The notes beneath the pieces are model-generated. The model was not told where the DNA came from. It did no database searches and saw only the letters and a list, made by a program, of their open reading frames with translations. Shown here piece after piece: positions 47,984-58,700 of a stretch of 64,000 nt of DNA (positions are counted from its first letter, which is position 1; each line of letters opens with the position of its first letter). The DNA comes from Macrostomum lignano (taxonomy: Eukaryota). The stretch is taken from contig NIVC01004001.1 of NCBI GenBank assembly GCA_002269645.1, positions 1,783 to 65,782 on the forward strand, given 5' to 3'. The translations under genes were made by a program, and so were the position numbers.

Positions 47984-48960
47984 TTGGACGAGCTGCTTTG
48001 TAGCTCAGATCCGGACCCAGTTCAGAAGGTCGGCTGTACGGACGATGTTACCGCCACTGTGGCTGGACCGTCACACGTAGTCCTCAGGTACCTCCTTCAA
48101 GCCTTCATCCACCGTGCCGAACGCTGGGCACACGGCTGCGGCCTCAGGTTTTCTGAGTCTAAAACCGTGGCTATTATGTTCACCAGCCGCCGAAACTGGA
48201 GGATTGAACCGCTCTCCCTCTATGGCAAACCCGTTGCCATGGAGAAACAAACCAGATGTCTGGGTGTCACCCTCCACCACAAGTTGAGTTGGATCCCGCA
48301 CGTCCAAACCAAAGCCCGCAAAGCTCTCGCGACTCTCGCGCAGATCCACAGAGCTTTCGGCGCTACCTGGGGGCCTCACCCCCGCCGCTTCTGGTGGATC
48401 TACACTGCCATTGTTAGACCGGCGATCTCCGCCGGCTTCATTTGGAACAGTGCCCTAGAGGTAAAAGGGGTTCTTGAGGTTCTAAATAGGGTGCAAGGCC
48501 GCGCTTGTCGAGCTATCATGAGCGCGACTCCCTCTACGCCCTTCGCTGGCATGAACTCCTTCCTGGACATTCCCCCCCTCGACCTCTTTGTCAGAGGGGA
48601 GGCAATGAAGACCACCCGCCGTCTGCTTGACGCGAGTGTCCCAATCCAGAAGCAGTTCGCCTTCAGAAAGCGGAACCTGCGAGACCTGTAAGCAGCGGGA
48701 GGCCTGCTGACCCTCTCGGATGGAATTGCGTCCACGCTCTCTGGCTCTCTGGCCTCTGGCTACGGCTACTGCATCGTGTCTAGAGGGAGAACTGTGGCGA
48801 CCTTCTCCCAGCACACTGGCACCTGCTTCACCGTCTTCCAGAACAAAGTTCTCGCCATCAGCTCCTGCGCCATGGAGCTGTACAATCAGCGCGTCTAGAG
48901 GAAGGAGATTACGAGGCCTGGCCAGAGCCTGGAGTCAGGAGTGCACACTTGTTGCACAAC
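47984..48960 (+). mobile_element. Non-LTR retrotransposon fragment (RT C-terminus and RNase H start; R1/Loa-like)
   Basis: TDDVT (YADD-like), FSESKTVAIMF, LGVTLHHKLSW..HV, IYTAIVRP, TVFQ..VLAI; stops and frameshift. Confidence 0.82.
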
Positions 48961-50969
48961 CGGGATGCATCAAACAGATCACAGCTTAGAGTCACCAATG
49001 AGTTTTAAAGTCCATCCTGATTGATTGTATTCACTGGAATCAATGTGTACTCACTTGTACATGTATAGTCAAGTCATTTGGCTATATTCTGTTACATGTA
49101 GAAGTTGTAGCTCATGTACTGTATATGATTATCTGCTTGCACATATACATGTACATGTAAGCTCAGTAGATTGTGTAGAGCACAGTTAGCGGGTTTCCAT
49201 AAGTCACAAATACCCATATTGGCATGGCAAAATAATAATGCATCACAACAAGTCATACTTTACACACTATAATGAGTGTGTACACAGTAAATTGATATAC
49301 GTAATTTATAAATATTCAAATATGGTAGTATCTCAGTATGCATGTACATCTGCATATGCAAGTCAGGAGGCATACTAGAAGACATCGTACAGCAAACTGT
49401 ACGCTCGTACGTGTACATGTGAGTTGGCGAGTTCCGCGGTGTCAAAATGCCTCAGATGCTCATGATGCAACGATGCCAATCAGTCTCAAAGTATACATGT
49501 GGAAAACAAGCGCACATGATGAGGTCAGCTCAGTCAGTCCGCATCAGGGACTACTCAATTCAACTCAATTGAGTAGTCCCTGATCCGCATGTTAATTTAA
49601 TGTAGTTTCAATTGTACCCAGATGCTCATCATGGATGCAGATCTACATGCACATGATGCTAGAGCCACATCGAGTCGCGATCAACACCTAACATGCACGT
49701 GTACATGAACATGTACAATACATGTATGTATGATGCTCTTTATTGTACAATATAGGTGGAAACTGTTGCAGGTATTGTACAATTTTGCATTTAGTCGTAG
49801 AGTTCGCGTCCTGGACAAGCAACTATACGGCCACAGGTGAGTGATTAAGCTGAGTGATCCTTTTACATGTAGTATCAGTCGTGCAAAGAACTTGGACACA
49901 GTGGAACTTCTACATGTAGATGTCCGAGATGCTTGTACAAATGTAAGGAGCGGCAGGAGTCACATGTGGACGCCCGTTCTGTGTGCCATTCAGAATCGCT
50001 TCTGTACTTTTATTGGCGCCTCCCAAGTCTTAATGACCCCCTCGCTACGCCCCTACATTGGCACTATACAGTACACACTAACACCTAACCTCATCTTTTA
50101 ATGTTGGCATAGCGCTGGGCGTGATTAAGATTTGTACGAGTGAGCTATTATCGAGAATGGTCCAAAATTCCTTTCCCTTTTGTAATAGCTCAAGATACAT
50201 GTACGCTCGACTGCTCGTACATGTAGATCTTCCAGTATATCTACTGTAAGACCCTGGGTTGAGTTGCAGTGATAACAAAACGTGAGGAGACCTCACTGCA
50301 TGGCTCACGACAATATATTTAATATCAAAGTTGGGGTGGGTGTAACCACCCTAAGCACGCACACGCTGCAGCGCAAAACCCCAACCCAAAACAAGCCAGA
50401 CGTGCGCATCCAAGTGCACGCGCACCAACAAGCCAGACTACACTACAATGCATATATCGATTTTATACACCTTTCTACTCTGCTTATCCTACTGTAGGTA
50501 CATGTACACGACATTGCAGAAGTCACACAAGCGCTGCAAGAAATATTTCAATTGTTAAATATAGACAGTAACTGCCTGAAGTTAAACATGTACAATTATG
50601 CGCATGGGCTCGTGTACATGTGTACAAGCGTACATTATGTAAATGTATGGGGCGCTTTCATCAATAAGACCTCAAGCACATCCGTTGTATTATTTTCTCG
50701 CTCATATGCACATCCCAATTGTCACCGACCTATCTTCTCTTTGTCCTGCTATGATAAAAATGGCACAAATCAACACTATGATAAAAAAGAGAAAAGAACA
50801 CAGATAATCTGATTTAATAACATTTCCACAAGATTTAGCAACAGTCGCAAAAACTAACCTAACAATTGAACACCTACAAGCTAATTTATGCTTTATTGTG
50901 ACGAAAATATTAAGTATGCAGAAGGTATTACATACTCGTGCTCTGCGGTACGACAGTCTTTTGGTCAGA

Positions 50970-51888
50970 CATTCCACACTCAGCTACCGCCACCTTCTCA
51001 CTCTCAGCTACCGCCACCTTCTCACTCTCAGCTACCGCCACCTTCTCACTCTCAGCTGCCGCCACCTTCTCACTCTCAGCTGCCGCCACCTTCTCACTCT
51101 CAGCTGCCGCCACCTTCTCACTCTCAGCTACCGCCACCTTCTCACTCTCAGCTGCCGCCACCTTCTCACTCTCAGCTGCCGCCACCTTCTCACTCTCAGC
51201 TGCCGCCACCTTCTCACTCTCAGCTGCCGCCACCTTCTCACTCTCAGCTACCGCCACCTTCTCACTCTCAGCTACCGCCACCTTCTCACTCTCAGCTACC
51301 GCCACCTTCTCACTCTCAGCTACCGCCACCTTCTCACTCTCAGCTACCGCCACCTTCTCACTCTCAGCTACCGCCACCTTCTCACTCTCAGCTACCGCCA
51401 CCTTCTCACTCTCAGCTGCCGCCACCTTCTCACTCTCAGCTACCGCCACCTTCTCACTCTCAGCTGCCGCCACCTTCTCACTCTCAGCTGCCGCCACCTT
51501 CTCACTCTCAGCTACCGCCACCTTCTCACTCTCAGCTACCGCCACCTTCTCACTCTCAGCTACCGCCACCTTCTCACTCTCAGCTACCGCCACCTTCTCA
51601 CTCTCAGCTGCCGCCACCTTCTCACTCTCAGCTGCCGCCACCTTCTCACTCTCAGCTACCGCCACCTTCTCACTCTCAGCTGCCGCCACCTTCTCACTCT
51701 CAGCTACCGCCACCTTCTCACTCTCAGCTGCCGCCACCTTCTCACTCTCAGCTGCCGCCACCTTCTCACTCTCAGCTGCCGCCACCTTCTCACTCTCAGC
51801 TGCCGCCACCTTCTCACTCTCAGCTACCGCCACCTTCTCACTCTCAGCTGCCGCCACCTTCTCACTCTCAGCTGCCGCCACCTTCTCC
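50970..51888 (+). repeat. 24-bp minisatellite ctcagct(a/g)ccgccaccttctcact, ~38 copies
   Basis: Homogeneous apart from one A/G position; open in four frames, giving spurious ORFs. Confidence 0.97.
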
Positions 51889-52789
51889 CGCTCTCCCCGC
51901 CTTTTGCGAAAATCTGTTATGGCTTTGTGAGTGCATGGCTTTTGTGTTATGGCTATTGGTGACTAGGGAAACTAACGGTGGCCGGCGGTACTACTGCATG
52001 CATACAGTACAGGAGCGACAAACTTACAAGCCATGGCTAAAAGTAGAACAAGGGTTACAGGTAACCAAAGTTAAAAAGTTGACTGAAAATAGAGCTAAAC
52101 TGAACCGTCAATTATACGAGTTTTCCTTTGCTGACAGCTTAAGACAGCTTAATCCTTACAATGACTGTTTCATCCTGAGCTAACTTTTATACTGAAGTAC
52201 GAGCTACGACAACCGCATTGCTGAAGGGTATGGTACGCTTTGCACCGACTGAATGAAGCGTTCGCTCGAGGCGGCTGCTTAAGCGGAACCAGCGGCAGAC
52301 CCGGCCGCTGCAGCGTTGCTCGAGGCGGCTGCTTAAGCGGAGCCAGCTGCAGTCTTTCGCCGGTCGCAGCGTTTGCACCTGATGTCAGCGCATCAGCGCA
52401 CACGGTCGCAAACTTATTCCAGCTCAGTGTGCACATATAGTAGAAAGCTTGGATAGTTTTTGTAGGTGAACTCCTGCTTGCATGGTGCTAGACCAATCGC
52501 GCCAGAGACCATAGCAAAGATGCCAATGGTTCAGCAGCTGGGCTCTACCGGTAGCTTTCTCTGAAGGACGAATGTGCTTTCAATAAGCTGCGCTGCTCGG
52601 TACTAATACGAAAATACTTTAGCAGGGGGCAGAGCAGCAGGGTAGAGCAGACAGCAGAGGGGCAGAGCAGAGAGCAAAGCAGGGGCAGAGCAGGGGGCAG
52701 AAGAGCAGGGAGCACAGCAAGGGAAGGAGCAAGGTAGAGCAGACAGTAGGAGTCAGAGCAAAAAGACAGAGCAGGGGGCAAAATAGCAA

Positions 52790-53640
52790 GCCAGGAGGGA
52801 GAGAAGCTGCGGGTCAGGGGAAAGCTGTGGGTCAGGAGGAAGGGAAGCTACGAGTCAGGAGGGAGAGAAGCTGCGGGTCAGGGGAAAGCTGTGGGTCAGG
52901 AGGAAGGGAAGCTGCGAGTCAGAAAGGAGGGAAGCTGTGGGTCAGGGGAATTGGAAAGCTGCGGGTCAGGGAGAGAGAAGCTGTGGGTCAGGGAGAGAGA
53001 AGCTGTGGGTCAGGGGGAGAGAAGCTGTGGGTCAGGGAGAGAGAAGCTGTGGGTCAGGGGGAGAGAAGCTGTGGGTCAGGGGGAGAGAAGCTGTGGGTCA
53101 GGGGGAGAGAAGCTGTGGGTCAGGCGGAGAGAAGCTGTGGGTCAGGGGAAGGAAAGCTGTGGGTCAGGATGGAAGCTGTGGGTTAGGGAGAGAGAAGCTG
53201 TGGGTTAGGGGAATTGGAAAGCTGCGGGTCAGGATGGAAGCTGTGGGTTAGGGAGAGAGAAGCTGTGGGTCAGGGGGAAAGAAGCTGTATGTCAGGGAGA
53301 GAGAAGCTGTGGGTCAGGAGGGGGAGAAGCCATGGGTCAGGAGGGGGGAAGCCATGGGTCAGGAGGGAGGGAAGCCATGGTTCAGGAGGGAGGGAAGCTG
53401 TGGGTCAGGGGGAGAGAAGCTGTGGGTCAGGGGGAGAGAAGCTGTATGTCAGGGAGAGGGAAGCCATGAGTCAGGAGGGAGGGAAGCCAAGGGTCAAGAA
53501 GGAGCAAAGCTAGTAGTTGAAAGCAAGGGCAGTTAGGGGTCAAGAAGGAGCACAGCTAGTAGTTGAAAGCAAGGGCAGTTAGGGGTCAAGAGAGAGTGAA
53601 ACCAGGGGTTAGGAAACAAGGAAACCAAGGGTCAAATAGG
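52790..53640 (+). repeat. Right arm of inverted pair (gaagctgtgggtcagggggaga array plus unique outer segment)
   Basis: 53585-53634 is the reverse complement of 47526-47575; the array is the reverse complement of 47640-47980. Confidence 0.85.
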
Positions 53641-54354
53641 TGGAAAGCATGGGATTAGGAAGGGGAGCAAAGTATAGGGAGAAAAAGTGTAGTAATACTA
53701 TTAATACTATTAATAATTAACTGACACAAGGCTTTTAACTATAGAACAAAATTACTGAAGTGATGAGGACGCACTTCTTTTCCAAATCTCACGCTCGCAC
53801 ATGGGTTCCAAACTTGTTAGCCTACTAACAGCAGGCTACGGGCATTTTTCTTCTTTTTATGTAATTTTCCTAGAATTCATACTAGTAGGATTTGTGTAGC
53901 TATATGGTTTTGCCATATTTGTAGTCATTATAACATGGGCGCGGTTTTTCGCTATTTTTGGGGTCATAAATCATTGCTTGTGAGCACGTCTGACAGCCAC
54001 CTGCGCCTCACTCCGTGTTGGGGCTGGCGCCAAATGGTCTGTGAGGATAGCTTTTTTCTCATCATTTTTGACAGGCCATCAGATTTATGAGGTCAGAGCC
54101 TATTGTATTGTTCGTGTTCACTCAAGCGTTTGACAGCTCTGACAGCTATGCGTTTTAGCCCTAAAAGTACTTTGGGATTAGCGATTAGCGATTTCTCTTC
54201 ATCATATTCACCTTCTACTTAATAAGATCTTTCTAATGCATATTTTTTCATTGATTTTTGTAATTCCTACGCGAAAAGTCATAAATCATAATTTAGCGAT
54301 TTCGAGTGATTTTTGACAACACCTCAAAAGTGATTTATGACTCAACCTTCGGGC

Positions 54355-54635
54355 TCCCTGGACTCGACCCACTTTACGTTGACGGCTCCCATTCTGGAGT
54401 CACGACCGTTGTCTCTTGATCCCCGGATTGCGACAACCCCCCTCATCATCGCAAGGACGTCTCCCCCGGTCGATTGCATCAAGCATCGAGGTTAAGAGCA
54501 TCACCTTCTTCTAGCTATCTGCAGCGATTGTGACAGCATCATCCCGGGCCTACAGCTGCGAAGCACTAAGCCGATTCGGTCACTGTGGATTACCTGGTCT
54601 CCGGCTGTTGAGTTTCTGATTGGTTGAGTGAGAGG
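54355..54635 (+). pseudogene. Possible highly decayed RNase H fragment of a LINE
   Basis: Scattered motifs LYVDGS, ICSDCDSIIPGL and ITWSPA across frames and stops. Confidence 0.3.
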
Positions 54636-55706
54636 CTACCTAGATTTGCTTGATTAAGTGATTCCTTATCTGTCCCCTATTTAAGTAGCTGGATTGGGCG
54701 CACGCTTTTGCTAATTTGTCCAGTAGTGCTGTTATTGAAGCAGAAATCATTCAATAATACTGTTAATAGTCTAATTTCTCTAACTCAATCTGAGGTGTGA
54801 AGTGATTCAGTGAGAAGATTAAATCTGACAGGTTTTGCCATTGCCATGGTTTTATTTCTTTGTTCCCCGATGGCCCAGATAAGGAGCTAAGCTAGTAGGC
54901 GCCGGTCACAGTGGAACAATGGCAAGGCAGTTCTCAGTCGACCAATCTATCAAATCGGTTAGCAAAATCGCCAATACTGCAAAATCGGCGCTAGAGGTGT
55001 ACTTCCGTGCACTCTAGATTCGCCAAGCAGCTCGGGTGGTGAATCATGCGGTCTCTAAAGCTCGAGTGAGTCTATCATCAGCACTACGAGAGGCTGGTTG
55101 GCGCGTTGAAGGCCAAAAGTGCAATACCTCGTATTTTGCAATGTAATGGAACATGTAGCTACCCCATAGTCTCGCCACTGCAAGTATCTCCAACACAAGT
55201 CCCCTCTGTAACCTGCATGGCCAATGCGATCAAGTCCCAGCAGGGTCCCTTATCATCGGCTATGACTTCGAGACTTCGAGACACTAGTTGGCAGGTAAGT
55301 GCTAAGCCCCTTCTAGTCGGAAGCCCGATTTCGAAAGTTCCGGTTTAGCTAGTCGGTTACCGTCGGGTGATTGTGTACATTGGGCGAATATACTTTATGT
55401 CTATTTAGTGTTCTGTGTTCTGCAAGACACGGATTTTAACTGATATATCAGTAGACACGATAAAAAAATCAACTACATGAGACTCCGAAAAATTGTAAGT
55501 AAAACTGCTTTTCAGATCCGTAATACTTTTCCAGAAATAAAAGTACATGTAAACTATTACGCGTTAAGCGAAATTTTAAATGCAATGTTTTCTTGGAAAT
55601 CTACTATTTAACGTGGCGTGGCAATTTTTTTGTAGACTTTGAAAGGTTTTGTCAAAGAAAAGACACATATCCAGCTAGAGTAAAGCACTCCGCTTTATGT
55701 TGCAAC

Positions 55707-58700
55707 ATGATTAGTTTTTTTGTAGTTGGATTTGCCGCACTGTTCATTTTGGCACTTGTCGGGTTTCTTCTGTATGCTTCCCCTGTAAGTGAACTAAACT
55801 CATGAATCTAAAAACTATTTTTTAATTATGTATTTTAATAAAGGGAAAAATGCATACATGCTCGACCTCTGAAATTAAATTGGCTGTATGACTTGGTTTT
55901 TACCATAATGCGACTTAGTTTGCTTCTGTTGCAACTTGCTTAGTTTTTTACTCTTTGGACTTTGCTTATTGTTTGCCTTATTTGCTTTCCAGTGCCACTT
56001 TATTTTTTCCCTCTTCTTTATTGTTCTTTTCCTTCTAGGCTATTCTTTTTTTTGATACAATAGTCAGTTTTGCAATTGACCCTTGCCCATGAGTTGCCAC
56101 AATTTATGCCAGCCACATTGAAAACTTCTAGGCCATATTGTGGAAGGTTTTCTGTGTACGCTGGACACATTTTTATTGAATTTTCAATTGTACGCCAACA
56201 GATTTTAAATGTACGCCAACTTAAAAAATGGTAAAAAAATCAACAAATATTTAAATTTAAATTTAAACTTAAACTACAAAAAATTGATAACTTGACATGA
56301 CAATAGTTGTGACAATTCCAGTAATTAAAATGATTGGTAAATGAGAAAATAGTAGCAGAAAAAATGGTTTTTGAAATAACTTAACACAGAAAAAGCACAA
56401 AAAATTCTTTATATTAATTTCTATGCTAGTCGCCATACACCACACTGTATGCCACACTGTACACAGCCAAGAAATGTACACTGGTATACGCCACTTGCCA
56501 CAGAAATCAAGTGTATGCTGGAATTTTCCGGCAAACACCCACCATCTGCAAAATGGCTTCTAGGGGGCTTATGCAATATATAATATAACAACATTTACTT
56601 TTATAGAGAAGATGTTTATAATAAAATTTAGTGTTTTAACTAAGTATATAGCTGAATAATATATTGATAGTTTAAATGAGTGGGTCATAAATGGTAACAT
56701 TGATTAAACACTTTACAAAGTATTGTATTCTTTAAGTTTGCCCTTTTTTGAAATAATGCAATAAACAAGGGCTTTTAATCAGGGTGCCTATTACTTAAAA
56801 AAACCTAGATAAACTCAGAATTGCCTAAAATGGGAGAAATATGAACATTAAAAAATAAAAGATTTGAATTAAAAACCTAGAAATCAGTATAAGTTTCTTT
56901 AGTAGTTTCTTTGCTAATAGAAGTTTTTTCATTCATTTAACCAATTCTAGGGTGCCAAGAAGAAGACAGACATTCCAGGCCCACCTCCTAGCGACAAGCT
57001 GTAAGTCCTCCTAAAATATCTCAATAATAAATGTGCTTTATTAGTTTAATAGGCCATCTAATATTGGATTAAACACATTCTTCCATTGTATCAGCCTTGG
57101 CAATTTGCCAGACATTGGCAAAGCGGGCAGCCTACACGAGTTCCTATGCGATCTGCACGCTGAGCATGGCCCCCTGGCCGGATTCTACTTCGGCCAGCAG
57201 TTTGTGGTGAGCCTGGCCAGCAGTGAGCTCATGCGACAGACCGTGCGCTTGTTTGACAGGCCGCCTGAGCTGTTTAAACTGTTCGAGCCGCTCATTGGTG
57301 AGTGTGGCTGATTATTCGAGTTTTGGCCTTGGCTTAGGTAGCTTGCTGAGGATAAGGGAGCCTGGCCTCGACACTTTGGACTCATTTTTCTTTTACTGAT
57401 ATAAAAAACTGCTAAGAAAGTAATGGTAAAATCACATGATTATTGTTTTGAATGCAGCATTGAGAACCGGACATATGTAGGCGTGAGAATTTATCCGCTT
57501 CTCCACCGCCAGCCTCCCAGATCCTCAGTTGCTAGGCCACAACCTCCCAGATCCTCAGTTGCTAGGCCACAGCCTCCCAGATCCTCAGTTGCTAGGCCAC
57601 AACCTCCCAGATCCTCAGTTGCTAGGCCACAGTCTCCCAGATCCTCAGCTGCTGGGCCACCGCCACCCTCCCAGATCCTCATTTGCTGGGCCAGCCTCCC
57701 AGATCCTCAGTTTCTGGGCCAGCCTCCCAAAGTGTCAGTTGCTGGGCCAGCCTCCCAGAGTGTCAGTTGCTGGGCCAACCTCCCAGATCCTCAGTTTCTG
57801 GGCCAGCCTTCCAGATCCTCAGTTGCTGGGCCAGCCTCCCAGATCCTCATTTGCTGGGCCAGCCTCCTAGATCCTCAGTTTCTGGGCCAGCCTCCCAGAG
57901 TGTCAGTTGCTGGGCCAGCCTCTCAGAGTGTCAGTTGCTGGGCCAGCCTCTCAGAGTGTCAGTTGCTGGGCCAACCTCCCAGATCCTCAGTTTCTGGGCC
58001 AGCCTTCCAGATCCTCAGCTGCTAGGCCACAACCTCCCAGATCCTCAGCTTCTGGGCCACCGCCACTCTACCAGATCCTCAGTTGTTAGGCCACAACCTC
58101 CCAGATCCTCAGTTGCTGGGCCAGCCTCCCAGATCCTCATTTGCTGGGCCAGCCTCCTAGATCCTCAGTTTCTGGGCCAGCCTCCCAGAGTGTCAGTTGC
58201 TGGGCCAGCCTCTCAGAGTGTCAGTTGCTGGGCCAGCCTCTCAGAGTGTCAGTTGCTGGGCCAACCTCCCAGATCCTCAGTTTCTGGGCCAGCCTTCCAG
58301 ATCCTCAGCTGCTAGGCCACAACCTCCCAGATCCTCAGCTTCTGGGCCACCGCCACTCTACCAGATCCTCAGTTGTTAGGCCACAACCTCCCAGATCCTC
58401 AGTTGCTAGGCCACAGCCTCCCAGATCCTCAGTTGCTAGGCCACAACCTCCCAGATCCTCAGTTGCTAGGCCACAGTTTCCCAGATCCTCAGCTGCTGGG
58501 CCACCGCCACCCTCCTAGATCCTCAGTTGCTAGGCCACAACCTCCCAGATCCTCAGTTGCTAGGCCACAGTCTCCCAGATCCTCAGCTGCTGGGCCACCG
58601 CCACCCTCCCAGATCCTCATTTGCTGGGCCAGCCTCCCAGATCCTCAGTTTCTGGGCCAGCCTCCCAGAGTGTCAGTTGCTGGGCCAGCCTCCCAGAGTG

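Noticed and set aside
50888-52183. Long ORFs (431, 354, 330, 317 aa) such as (PPPSHSQL)n
   Set aside because: Read-through of a 24-bp array open in several frames on both strands; no domain or splice context.
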